Source of the DNA: an uncultured Methanoregulaceae archaeon
GTDB taxonomy: Archaea > Halobacteriota > Methanomicrobia > Methanomicrobiales > Methanospirillaceae
DNA: 64,000 nt
NCBI GenBank assembly: GCA_963841015.1
Contig: CAWJAX010000005.1
Location: forward strand, 352,001-416,000
Direction: 5' to 3'
The notes beneath the pieces were generated by a model that saw nothing but the letters and a program-made list of their open reading frames with translations, ran no database searches and was not told where the DNA came from. The position numbers and the translations under genes are program-made. Of the stretch, positions 53,339 to 63,038 are shown piece by piece (position 1 is the stretch's first letter; each line of letters begins with the position of its first letter).

Positions 53339-53572
53339 TCACCAGTCAGGATTATCCAGAAGGAATTTCTTTTCTTTTGCTTCAAGTTCTTCAGGAATCA
53401 GGTGTGCAGGCATACAGATGCACCGGTGCTCTATAAAGATACCTTCTCTGAAGGATCCCTGTGTTTCTCCAGGTCGACATGCCCCATACACATCAGCATC
53501 GCAATCATGATAGACCTGCGGAAGTCCCTCACGGGCTGCACATTCCTTTGCTTCTTTCCAAGATATTGCCAT
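53339..53572 (-). CDS. Small Cys/His-containing hypothetical protein
   Basis: 77 aa ORF filling the gap; HDCD..YGAC and HRCIC motifs. Confidence 0.65.
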   Translation of the reverse strand: MAISWKEAKECAAREGLPQVYHDCDADVYGACRPGETQGSFREGIFIEHRCICMPAHLIPEELEAKEKKFLLDNPDW

Positions 53573-53685
53573 AGTACAAGTACAGGTCAGGCAAAACAGA
53601 AGAGGATTTCTTTTTTATAAAGGGATCCCACAGAGTGGTGCTTTATAGATCAAAAACCATAAAAAAGGGAGAAAATTTAATCAGA

Positions 53686-53853
53686 TCAGTACCGGGGTTT
53701 CCGGTGTTTTGGGAGGCAGTCTCTGCAATAGACAGGCCTGCCCTCTGTTGGCTTGAAGGGGACTTCGCATTCTTTTCCACAGTCTGAACAGACCGTTTTT
53801 GTCATTTCTCTGGGACCGAAGTTTTTCGGGCTGCCATAACTCTTCTTTTCCAT
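53686..53853 (-). CDS. CxxC-x17-CxxC domain protein
   Basis: PREMTKTVCSDCGKECEVPFKPTEGRPVYCRDC signature. Confidence 0.92.
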   Translation of the reverse strand: MEKKSYGSPKNFGPREMTKTVCSDCGKECEVPFKPTEGRPVYCRDCLPKHRKPRY

Positions 53854-53952
53854 ATTATTACTCTTGCAGTTTTTGTTCTGCAGTTTAAATATTTCTGCCA
53901 AGATTATAAATACATCTGCATGGTGACGAATGAGTTTAGCCCTGTTACAATC

Positions 53953-55083
53953 TCAGGGGATGATCTCACATCCGTTATACTTTTCATGGGAAAAATCTGC
54001 TCGATGAATTGCACCGCAGGCGATAAGGTCTCTTACACGAGGAAGAGCCTTCATCAGACCTGTATGAAGAGTTTCTACGGTACTGCAGACTATCCTGCGC
54101 TCATTCACCCCCCATGGTTTTATAATGTTTGAATAGAGGCATCTCCCCCCACAGAATCCGCGGATTTGACAGTCTGCACACTCCCCATTTACCATAACGA
54201 CCGGAAGATTGCGGGGGTCAGAATCCAGTATGTGCCCTACGTAGTACTGCGACATCCCTATCATCACCGGGCAGGGAGCGATGTGTCCGTCGGTCATAAT
54301 ACTGTAGTTGGCATACCCTGAACCGCACCTGAGACTGCTCTGGCGTTCAAGAAGAAGGTCTTCCATGGGATCAAGGAATGGGTACCAGTGCAACACCTCC
54401 CCCTCGTTTTCCATATGGTCAACCCAGTCTGATACGAGTCTGAGGATACCAGGATTGTAGTTCTCAATAACCCAGTCTCCAAACTGTCGATGTGAAAAAT
54501 CATCGGCAAAATTGGCATCCAGTTGCCAGTGAATGGAAGGGAAGGAATAATCCGGGTTGTCAGCAAGCCAGTGGACTTCTTCGGCAATATCCGTATTCTC
54601 ATTTACGGTCATACGGGCAATAAGTTCATGAATATACCCATTATAGCGGATTTTTTTAATATTCTCCATTACTTTCCGGTACGTCCCTTCACCCCGGTTT
54701 GCATCCGTCAGCTCCTTCCTCCCGTCTAGAGAGACAAGGATCGTAGAGAAACGGTTGATAATTTCAGGAGATAACCGGTCAAGCAGGAGCCCGTTGGTCT
54801 GAATCATAAACCGGTGCACCGGTGCTTCCCGAACGATAGTGCTGACAAGATCTGGGCGCATCAGTGGTTCGCCACCATAGAAGGTGAGTGTTGCTGAAGG
54901 ATCCTTTTTTAAAAAATTGTAGATAAGAGGGAGATCAACATCAAGTTCTGGGGGAAGAAACCGGTCTATCTCCAGGGATACTTTATCCGGGCCCTCCGCA
55001 CCTTCCTTAGCTTCGAATATTTTACCCCGGCAGTAGCTGCAGCAGAGATTACACTCATCTGTGACTATGAGGTGGAAGTGCAC
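53953..55083 (-). CDS. Radical SAM/SPASM protein (AF0577/TIGR04084-like)
   Basis: GTG start at 55083; CNLCCSYC, FYGGEP, IHWQLD, LRCGSG...PCP, C..C....FCGGRC, CEIIP terminus. Confidence 0.9.
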   Translation of the reverse strand: MHFHLIVTDECNLCCSYCRGKIFEAKEGAEGPDKVSLEIDRFLPPELDVDLPLIYNFLKKDPSATLTFYGGEPLMRPDLVSTIVREAPVHRFMIQTNGLLLDRLSPEIINRFSTILVSLDGRKELTDANRGEGTYRKVMENIKKIRYNGYIHELIARMTVNENTDIAEEVHWLADNPDYSFPSIHWQLDANFADDFSHRQFGDWVIENYNPGILRLVSDWVDHMENEGEVLHWYPFLDPMEDLLLERQSSLRCGSGYANYSIMTDGHIAPCPVMIGMSQYYVGHILDSDPRNLPVVMVNGECADCQIRGFCGGRCLYSNIIKPWGVNERRIVCSTVETLHTGLMKALPRVRDLIACGAIHRADFSHEKYNGCEIIP

Positions 55084-55227
55084 GAAAATCTTATCACATA
55101 TGAGATGTGACAGACGATAAAAGGGCAGCATGCAATGGCTGGGTTTTTTGCCGTGGCGAAAAAAATCCCATAAATTTTTTTGAGAAATGCCACAATCTAT
55201 AAACAACCATTCTGGTAATAATCCGGT

Positions 55228-56589
55228 ATGTCCGTGGACCGGTATTATGCTCCAGAGATTGAGACTATGGAGCGGGGAGATCTCGATGCTTTGATAGATG
55301 AACGGGTGCGCTACACCGTTCAATACGCCGCTGAACATTCCCCGTTTTACCGGAAGTGGTTCTCTGAGAACAACATCAACCCCGCAGAAATCAGGGAACA
55401 TGAGGATCTCCTGACCCTGCCAGTTATTTCAGGAAAAACAATAAGGGAGCACCAGCCCCCTGTTACACCTGAATTTGAATTTTTATCCACCAGCTGGAGC
55501 AACGTCTTTTCTATTCAGGAAACAAGTGGGACAAGTGGAACACCCAAGGGTTTTTTCCTGACCTGGGATGACTGGAAGCGTTATGCTGAGAAGTACGCCC
55601 GGAGTTTCGTCTCACAGGGATTTTCGAATAAGGACCGGATTGTAGTCTGCGCATCGTATGGCATGAATGTTGGTGCGAATACGATGACGATAGCCGCACA
55701 GCGCATTGGCATGGGTATTATCCCCATTGGAAAATGTACCTTTGAATCACGGATTCTGAAAAGTTATAAACCCACATCAATTGTGGGGAGTATATTCAAA
55801 CTGCTCAGGCTCGCACGACGGCTCTCTTCGGAAGGGATCAAAACTTCTGACACATCGATCGATAAGCTGGTCGCTGGTGGTGAGGCTTTTGCGGACGAAT
55901 CCCGGGCCTATCTTGCCGAATTGTGGGGAGTGCCGGTCTTTAACACTTATGGGAGCACGGAAGGTACGATGTGTGGTGAATGCACGCAGATTGCCGGGCT
56001 TCATGTCCCTGAAGATCTCGTCCACCTTGATGTCTATGATCCCCGGATGCAGTCGTTTGTGAATGATGGTGAGTGCGGGAGGGGAGTGCTTACCACGCTG
56101 CTGCCGGTTGGTGGTAAGTGTGGTATGTTGCTGATCAATTATGATACCGAGGACACTACTGTAGTTCTCACCCGCGAGCGCTGCAGGTGCGGAAGGACTC
56201 ACATGCGCATCATCAATCCCCAGAGAGAAGCAGAAACCATCTGGTTATTCGGGAACCCTTTCAACCGAAGTGACATAGAGGCAGCAGTTTTCCAGCATCC
56301 GAGTATGGCATATATTACCGGCGAGTATGAAGCCTATGTGTACGATGGGGATATGCCGGGGGAATCCGTGTTGCGGGTTAATCTCGAGTGCTTTGATCCG
56401 GAACACTGCGACCGGCACCTTGTAGAAGATCAGTTTGTTTCGCGTTTCCTGAAGTACAAATCATTGATCGCAGAACACTATCACGACCAGTCATTCCACA
56501 TCGAATTTAAATTTACCGGGCCCCGGGGGCTCGATTTCTATACACTGAAAGGACGCCCAAAACGACTTGTTGACAGAAGGGAACACTGA
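55228..56589 (+). CDS. ftsA: Coenzyme F390 synthetase
   Basis: ETSGTSGTPK, CASYGMNVGANTM, YGSTEG, GRPKRLVDRR. Confidence 0.9.
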   Translation: MSVDRYYAPEIETMERGDLDALIDERVRYTVQYAAEHSPFYRKWFSENNINPAEIREHEDLLTLPVISGKTIREHQPPVTPEFEFLSTSWSNVFSIQETSGTSGTPKGFFLTWDDWKRYAEKYARSFVSQGFSNKDRIVVCASYGMNVGANTMTIAAQRIGMGIIPIGKCTFESRILKSYKPTSIVGSIFKLLRLARRLSSEGIKTSDTSIDKLVAGGEAFADESRAYLAELWGVPVFNTYGSTEGTMCGECTQIAGLHVPEDLVHLDVYDPRMQSFVNDGECGRGVLTTLLPVGGKCGMLLINYDTEDTTVVLTRERCRCGRTHMRIINPQREAETIWLFGNPFNRSDIEAAVFQHPSMAYITGEYEAYVYDGDMPGESVLRVNLECFDPEHCDRHLVEDQFVSRFLKYKSLIAEHYHDQSFHIEFKFTGPRGLDFYTLKGRPKRLVDRREH

Positions 56590-56899
56590 CGTTTAATTGA
56601 GGAGGATAACGGCAATTTACCCGGCGGGATCCCTCTTGCTGAGATCCAAGAGCCGTTAGGATACACTCACACACATTGCCCTGCCCCCCGGGAGGTATCC
56701 TTGTCTGAACTGCAAAAGATGCGCTTTTCCCTGTTAAAAAAATTACGGCGTAAGTGTTGAATAAAACCGAAATTTAACCGAATAAATCAAAACAGAGCGA
56801 TTTAATTGGGATTCTAATCGGCCTTAATAGTGCGTCACAATGCCAAAAATACCCTCAAAATTTTGGTAAAAATCAGGATTTCGACGGACTTCCGACGGA

Positions 56900-56960
56900 A
56901 ACCTTTTATATTATCAGGCGTTAATTCTCATTATCAAAACCCAATCGTGGTTTTGAGGTG
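56900..56960 (+). promoter_or_regulatory. BRE/TATA promoter and RBS of the small basic protein gene
   Basis: GAAAACC-TTTTATAT near 56898-56911; GAGGTG RBS 5 nt before ATG 56966. Confidence 0.65.
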
Positions 56961-56965
56961 TTTAA

Positions 56966-57181
56966 ATGGGAACCAAAATTGGAAAAGAAAAAATTCAGCG
57001 TGAAAAGGGTTACCTTTACTTCATCGGCAAAGACGGCTATGTATGGGCCGCCCCGATGAAGCACAACAAGACCGGCAAGAAGAAGAAAGTCGGCACTGAA
57101 AAGATCGCAAAAGAATCCGGTTTCATGTACTATATCGGCAAGGACGGATTCGTCGCGAAAGCCAAGATGAAAAACGCATAA
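56966..57181 (+). CDS. Small basic protein with two Cc1-like repeats (candidate chromatin protein)
   Basis: KIGKEKIQREKGYLYFIGKDGYVWAAPMK and KVGTEKIAKESGFMYYIGKDGFVAKAKMK. Confidence 0.75.
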   Translation: MGTKIGKEKIQREKGYLYFIGKDGYVWAAPMKHNKTGKKKKVGTEKIAKESGFMYYIGKDGFVAKAKMKNA

Positions 57182-57201
57182 TTACACTTTTGCTATTGCA
57201 C

Positions 57202-57243
57202 GCAGTCCGTCTGCATGCCGGAAAACCGGCATGACGGGACTGC
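57202..57243. repeat. GC-rich inverted repeat (hairpin)
   Basis: GCAGTCC-GTC-TG-CATGCCGG-AAAA-CCGGCATG-ACG-GGACTGC. Confidence 0.75.
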
Positions 57244-57420
57244 ACATATTTTCTCCTGACAGGAAAGTATCTCGCTTCAGACTCTTTTACCTAATTTTAA
57301 AAATACGCTATAACTGCTTCAGAAGTCCTGCAGATATCCAATTCGCCGGACCTAAAGATTGAATTGCTTTGCCATGTAAAAATGGTTTAATTCCGGTATT
57401 TTTTAAGATGTGACTGTTCC

Positions 57421-58144
57421 ATGGTGTACCTTGTTGATAAAAAATTTCATGACTGGACACATGGACTGGACACCCGAGACAGTATGGTTTCAATCTTTGC
57501 GCATATCCGTGATATCCCGTACTCACTTATTGTTCCATTACAGGATCCCAAAACCTCAATGGAACAACTACTCATTGCTGGTAAAGGATCATGCGGCCCC
57601 AAGCACTACCTGCTCGCGGAGATGTACAGGAAACTGAATTTGAGTGTAGTATTTGCAACGATTGCATTCTCGTGGAACGACCCTGACCTCCAGTACCCTC
57701 CGGACATCCGAAAACAGGCTGTCCGGCTTCCTGTTGCATACCACCTCTCTTGCAGGGTTCAGATTGGGTGCCGCTGGATTCTGGTGGATGCAACGTGGGA
57801 TCGCCCTCTTGGCAGGGCCGGCTTCCCGGTCAATGATCATTGGGACGGTTATTCAGAAACAAGATGCGCTGTAAAACCCCTGATGTCTGCAGTGAGTGCC
57901 GCGTTCTGTCACAAAAGCAAAAACGATCGGTGCTCTATAAATGGAGAAGTCTGAACTTTACCCGATTGAAGGTGAGAAGGACCATTGGGATGGTGAGGAC
58001 CAGGCACGGTATTATCGCGAAAAGGTTTCTGCCCGTACACCAGATGAGTCAGAGCAGATTATGCGGTTTAATCATGATTTTGATGCCTGGCTGGATGACG
58101 TTCGGCAACAGAAGTACAATCTCTCTCCTTATGATTTAAAATAG
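57421..58144 (+). CDS. Transglutaminase-like protein, apparently frameshifted near 57940
   Basis: IRDIPY, GSCGPKH, H....V...W..VDATWD (Cys-His-Asp triad); overlapping ORF 57941..58144 looks like the C-terminus. Confidence 0.75.
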
Positions 58145-58153
58145 AATTCCCCT

Positions 58154-59032
58154 TTAGGAATCTGATAGCAGATTCTTTCGCTCTTGAAGCCGCAGGTTCG
58201 CGGCAAAGGTGCGGGAGAGAAGTGGATTGACTGCCTGAGGGGGTAGTCCAAGGACTGCGGCTGCTTTTCCGGTGAGTTTCATCAGGTCAGGAAAATCATC
58301 GCCCATGGAAGCAAGAACAGCCTCGTGGATCTGCTGGAGATAGTCAAGCGCAAGGTCCATCCCCAGGTAAGCATCATCCCCGTTACGGGGCTCGTCCCAC
58401 GATGAAAGCAGGACCCTGATGCCCCGTATCGCTTTGAGTTTTTTTACCGATTGTACAGATAAAAGGGCATCATCATACACCGGCAGGTCTCCTGCAACAG
58501 GGACTGCATCACCAGAGAAGAGAGCCCCTTCCTGGTGCAGGAAGAGCGAGATTGAACCCGCAGAATGGCCAGGGGTGTACAAGACCTGCATCTCCCCTGC
58601 CCTGGTGTCATCGGGTTCAATCGAATCCCCCTCCACGAGTTCGTTATCGATATGCACCGATCCACCCACAAGCGTTGCGAATCCTGGTACCGGGCGCTCG
58701 CGGTTCTGGAGTGCCACATCTTCAATCCAAGAGCGTTCAGCCGGGTGTGCCGCGACGCTGCATCCGGTCAACTGCTGAATTGCCGCTGCTGCCCCTATAT
58801 GATCAGGGTGGGAGTGAGTCAGGATCATAAGTGCAATGTCAGATGGGTCGCGGCCAATGGACCGGATATACTCAAAGATGGTTTTCTCGCAACCAGCAAC
58901 ACCCGAATCAATCAATGTGATCATTTCACCAAAGATGATATACGAGAATACAAAGCGCTCGATGACCGCCCCGTCGTTGATCGGTATTTTGAATGAGTGC
59001 CTGAGTGCGTGGATAGAGGGGGTGATTTGCAC
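58154..59032 (-). CDS. MBL-fold metallo-hydrolase
   Basis: LIDSG, THSHPDHIG, TPGHS.GS, LFSGDA. Confidence 0.92.
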   Translation of the reverse strand: MQITPSIHALRHSFKIPINDGAVIERFVFSYIIFGEMITLIDSGVAGCEKTIFEYIRSIGRDPSDIALMILTHSHPDHIGAAAAIQQLTGCSVAAHPAERSWIEDVALQNRERPVPGFATLVGGSVHIDNELVEGDSIEPDDTRAGEMQVLYTPGHSAGSISLFLHQEGALFSGDAVPVAGDLPVYDDALLSVQSVKKLKAIRGIRVLLSSWDEPRNGDDAYLGMDLALDYLQQIHEAVLASMGDDFPDLMKLTGKAAAVLGLPPQAVNPLLSRTFAANLRLQERKNLLSDS

Positions 59033-59122
59033 GGTTTTTCCTGCGTGCGGGTAAAAAATCAGATTACAACTCCTGAAATTTTAAAAGAAATTTCCGGACT
59101 TGGTACCCAAAATACCCTGATA

Positions 59123-59196
59123 TGGGCCCGTCGTGATTCGAACACGAGATCTTCGCCGTGTGAAGGCGACGTCATAGCCAGCTAGACCACGAGCCC
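59123..59196 (-). tRNA. tRNA-Val(CAC)
   Basis: Cloverleaf GGGCTCG/CGGGCCC acceptor, TCGCC-TTCACAC-GGCGA anticodon arm, TCGTG-TTCGAAT-CACGA T arm; no encoded CCA. Confidence 0.96.
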
Positions 59197-59199
59197 GTA

Positions 59200-59270
59200 T
59201 GCATCGACCGGGAATTGAACCCGGGCTATAGGCTTGGAAGGCCTAAGTCATACCACTAGACCATCGATGC
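59200..59270 (-). tRNA. tRNA-Gly(TCC)
   Basis: GCATCGA/TCGATGC acceptor, TAGGC-CTTCCAA-GCCTA anticodon arm, CCGGG-TTCAATT-CCCGG T arm; no encoded CCA. Confidence 0.96.
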
Positions 59271-59382
59271 TATGATGCTTTACAATTTTAGTGAGCAGTA
59301 GTATTAATCATTCCCATTTCACGGTTTTAAAAAAAGAAAGAGGAATTGTATTTTTAAAAAAATGTTGTTTGAAGTATCTGCG

Positions 59383-60378
59383 TTAGTATCTTTCCGGTAC
59401 CAGGGCTGCAATAAAGGCAATTACCGGCCCGATAATAAGCCCTGCCCAGAAGAGCAGTCCCAGAAGTCCGATTATACCGAGCGAAAATCGATTCGGTTTC
59501 GATAACGGGAATGTTGAACGGGCAATACGAAGAATCCAGACCCCGAGTATGGCTGGAATGAATGCAAAGATGAGTGTTACAATCACACCAGCAGAAAGGC
59601 CAGTTACCATAAGGACCCGTACCATCTGAACAAGTAGAATGCATGCGCTACCAAAATAGCATAATCCGGCAATTGTAACAAGCCAGAATGACCATGGTTT
59701 TTTTATTGGTTTGTTTTGCTCTCGTCGGGCTATGAGGATAAGACCAAGAATCATGATTGTAAGGAGCGGTGCCAGGATTGCGATCAGGGACTGCCCCTCC
59801 CAAATATGCGTATTTATAACACTGACAGGTACGAGAATCCATTCTGAAATACTGAACTCCTCAAGGTAACCAACAGCAATACTGTACTGGGTTTCATCAG
59901 CCGGACTGACAATCGCGACATAGTAGCTTCCTGGCTGGGTGATGTTTTTTGAGTAGGATGCAACGTTAAAAATTGCAGCAGGAGTGAATGGTTCATACTC
60001 TGCAGTGACTGGTTTTTGACCCTTGATCACCTCCGCACTATAACCTTGCGGGATCTCAATGGTTTGAGGAAGAGTGGTGGTGGACCCGGAATTTCCCGGG
60101 CTCAGAACGATGATATCCGGGACCGGCGCATCGAATCCGGGAGTCATCAGAGAAAGCCTGAGCTGGTCACCGGAATTCAGGTTGAACCGGTAATACCCTC
60201 CCTCCCCGGCATCATGGAGATGCCCGTATATTACGTACGATTTGAGGGGATTTTCAATAAAAAGTGCTGAATTTAGATTATTATTATTGTCGGCACTGAT
60301 CGGTACGTGGGAATCCACCGGAAATATAATTCCCATCAGGATGATTAAAAACAGAAGAAGCAGCCAGCGTCTGGTCAT
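59383..60378 (-). CDS. Membrane protein with exported N-terminal beta-rich domain and ~4-5 C-terminal TM helices
   Basis: Signal peptide, YEPFTP and YSIAVGY.E.F motifs, hydrophobic C-terminus. Confidence 0.75.
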   Translation of the reverse strand: MTRRWLLLLFLIILMGIIFPVDSHVPISADNNNNLNSALFIENPLKSYVIYGHLHDAGEGGYYRFNLNSGDQLRLSLMTPGFDAPVPDIIVLSPGNSGSTTTLPQTIEIPQGYSAEVIKGQKPVTAEYEPFTPAAIFNVASYSKNITQPGSYYVAIVSPADETQYSIAVGYLEEFSISEWILVPVSVINTHIWEGQSLIAILAPLLTIMILGLILIARREQNKPIKKPWSFWLVTIAGLCYFGSACILLVQMVRVLMVTGLSAGVIVTLIFAFIPAILGVWILRIARSTFPLSKPNRFSLGIIGLLGLLFWAGLIIGPVIAFIAALVPERY

Positions 60379-60529
60379 GAAAAGTGTATCGATTCCTAGA
60401 GGATATAAACCTGAAGTTCGGACCAGCTACCCCCAGGAAAAAACAGATTGCAGGCAATCGGGTCACCGAGGGAGGGAACCTTCCATTAAAGAATCGTGCA
60501 TACCGGACTTTAAGCACAGGATACCTTTT

Positions 60530-61927
60530 TTAGAGAAATTTATCATGATTGGGAATAATCGGGGTATCTTTTTTCCATAAATGGATATCCCGGGCACGAT
60601 CAAAATAGAATTTGGCCTCCTCAGGTTTTCCCATCTCTTTATAACAAATGCCAATATGATTCCATACATTCGCGTTATTAGGCATCTGGTTTGCCACCAT
60701 TTTGAAGGTCTGGATTGAGGAATCGAGATATTTGTTGCTCATATAGAGGACGCCTATCATTTCGAGTGTTTCACCAAGATTGAAGAGAAGTTCCGGGTTC
60801 TCCGGGGCAAGTTCAACTGCCCGAAGCAATGATTTGAGGGCACTTTTATTGTCCCCCATTTCCCGGAAACAGAGGCCACGATCGTTCCAGACATACGGAA
60901 GTTTATCGTCAATCTCCAGGGCTTTATTGAATGCGACAATCGCCTCCGGGTATTTCTTTTCCTTCAGGTACAGACTGACTCCTTCCTTGTAAAGGGAAGA
61001 GGATTTGCCTGACGACGTGCCGAGAAGCTTATTGACCAGCCCTGCCGGTTTTGATGTTTGCCGGGACGCGGCTTCCGTTATATGGGCAACTGCATCCTGT
61101 GTCTCATCATGTATCACGATATCCTTGAATGTCGCAGTGACGTCGCGCACCGTTTCGACAGCCGCGATAAAGTTCCCCTGCCCGTCATACACCGGCATCG
61201 CTTTCATCCAGAGTGTCCACTCACTTCCGTCCCGTTTTAATCCTTTGGTAACCGCGATAATCGGGCCTTTTGCAACCCTGCTGACTATCATATATTTATG
61301 TCTCTTTATCTCATCATCCGGTTCAAAGATGAGATTTGCCAGCATTTTTCTTCGGGTTCCAAAAAAAGGTTCTGCATAGAAATAATCGCTTTTTTCAATC
61401 AATGCACTTGCCGGTGTATCTGTCAGCTGTTCCATTGAGGTATTCCAGGCAACAACCCTGCCTTCGCGATCTATGGCGAAGCTGGGATCGGATGAAAAAT
61501 TGATCATATCTGAGATTACCTGTTTCGTCGTACCCAGGTTTTTTCCGATATACGTCTTTTCCACGGCAGTTTTGACCAAAGTCACCAGTTCACGGAACTG
61601 AGTCTGTGGATCTTCACCTTTTTTTATGTAAAAATTTGCACCATTATTCATAGCTTCGATTGCTGTACGTTCATTCCCGGCTCCCGTAAAGATAATCACC
61701 GGCGTTGTATTGCCTTCAGAGCGGAGAATTTTTAAAAATTCAATTCCATCGATCTCCGGCATGGAATAATCGACTATGATGGCATCAAAGGTTTTTTCAG
61801 GAAGGATTTTTAGTGCCTCTGTTGCGGATTCTGCTGTGTGGACACTCATTTCACGGGACCGTTCAGAGAACAGTTTGAGCACTTCAAGCAGCGCAGGTTC
61901 ATCATCGATCAGGAGGACAGACAGCAA
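60530..61927 (-). CDS. Response regulator receiver + PAS + TPR protein
   Basis: LLIDDE, IVDYSMP, FTG, YIKKG (REC); DPSFAIDREG.V.AWN...G.F.AAVETVRDVT (PAS/PAC); TPR repeats (WNDRG.C, WNHIG.C). Confidence 0.9.
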   Translation of the reverse strand: MLSVLLIDDEPALLEVLKLFSERSREMSVHTAESATEALKILPEKTFDAIIVDYSMPEIDGIEFLKILRSEGNTTPVIIFTGAGNERTAIEAMNNGANFYIKKGEDPQTQFRELVTLVKTAVEKTYIGKNLGTTKQVISDMINFSSDPSFAIDREGRVVAWNTSMEQLTDTPASALIEKSDYFYAEPFFGTRRKMLANLIFEPDDEIKRHKYMIVSRVAKGPIIAVTKGLKRDGSEWTLWMKAMPVYDGQGNFIAAVETVRDVTATFKDIVIHDETQDAVAHITEAASRQTSKPAGLVNKLLGTSSGKSSSLYKEGVSLYLKEKKYPEAIVAFNKALEIDDKLPYVWNDRGLCFREMGDNKSALKSLLRAVELAPENPELLFNLGETLEMIGVLYMSNKYLDSSIQTFKMVANQMPNNANVWNHIGICYKEMGKPEEAKFYFDRARDIHLWKKDTPIIPNHDKFL

Positions 61928-62156
61928 GGTCAGAGCACCCTTTATTAGTAGTTCAATGAGTCCCGGCAGATATAAATATAGGGTTTTTATGACGGCTCAT
62001 CATTATCTCAAGAGGAGATATGAAGGTCAACTGGGACGAAAATCAAATTTGAAAATACCTGCAAATCGACCCAGGGATAAACGATTGAAGAGATGCGTAA
62101 CTATCGATATAAAACAGGATGACTATTTTGAATTAAAAAGGGTGAAAACCGGAAAG

Positions 62157-63038
62157 TTAGTACCCATGTATTTCAGCTTCGATTTTCTCAAGGTTTGCAA
62201 TCCGCTTTTCGAGCGGTGGATGGGTGGAAAGAAGTTCCATAAAAGACCTTCCTGAGAGTGCCGGGATGATGAAGAAAGCATTCGCCGATTCCACCTTTGC
62301 CTTGGCTTCAGCAGGTACTGCATCCATGCGTCCGCTGATCTTGCTTAATGCGGACATGAGTGCTTTGGGGTTCTTCGTGATAAGGGCACTTCCACGATCT
62401 GCTGCAAACTCACGATATCTCGATAGTGCAAGGATGAGTAACGTACTGACCGCATATACGACAATTGAGACAATCCAGATGATGATTGTTCCTCCGCCTT
62501 CCCGGTTGCGCCCCCCTAAAACCGCGGAAAAGAAAAAACTCTGCATGATCATCGAAGCAATCATAGCAATAAAACTGGCCATTGTCATGGTAAGGATATC
62601 CCGGTTTTTCACATGAGCAAGCTCGTGCGCAAGAACGGCCTCGAGCTCCTCCTTATTCAGGAGCCGCATGATCGAGTCTGTGCATGCGACAACGGCATGT
62701 TTTGGACTCCTGCCAGTTGCAAATGCATTGGGTACCGGGCTCTGCATGATTGCAATCTTTGGGAGGGGAAGGTCTGCTTCCTTGCAGAGCTTCCCGACAG
62801 TCTGATGAAGTTCAGGATATTCATCTTTTTCGAGGATCCGTGCCCCTGTAGACCAGAGTACCAGTTTATCTGAGAAAAAGTACTGGACTAATCCCATTCC
62901 TACAGCTAATAACACTATCAACCAGAGACCTGCTCCGAACGCGAGGAGTATGGTCATGAAGACAAGGTAGAGAATCAGCAGCAGGAATCCCGTCAGTACG
63001 ATCCTGCCTGTTAAGCCCCAGTCACGTTTCCATTCCAT
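62157..63038 (-). CDS. htpX: Zinc metalloprotease HtpX
   Basis: PNAFATG, HELAH, SRYREFAAD, STHPP..KRI. Confidence 0.96.
   Translation of the reverse strand: MEWKRDWGLTGRIVLTGFLLLILYLVFMTILLAFGAGLWLIVLLAVGMGLVQYFFSDKLVLWSTGARILEKDEYPELHQTVGKLCKEADLPLPKIAIMQSPVPNAFATGRSPKHAVVACTDSIMRLLNKEELEAVLAHELAHVKNRDILTMTMASFIAMIASMIMQSFFFSAVLGGRNREGGGTIIIWIVSIVVYAVSTLLILALSRYREFAADRGSALITKNPKALMSALSKISGRMDAVPAEAKAKVESANAFFIIPALSGRSFMELLSTHPPLEKRIANLEKIEAEIHGY

Noticed and set aside
55084-55401. Long N-terminal extension of the radical SAM ORF
   Set aside because: It overlaps ftsA on the opposite strand; family-like sequence starts at GTG 55083.
57940-57960. Selenocysteine or stop readthrough at TGA 57952-57954
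   Set aside because: The downstream ORF is in a different frame, so readthrough would not join them.
57300-59123. Possible integrated element at the tRNA-Val 3' end
   Set aside because: No integrase and no duplicate of the tRNA 3' end seen.
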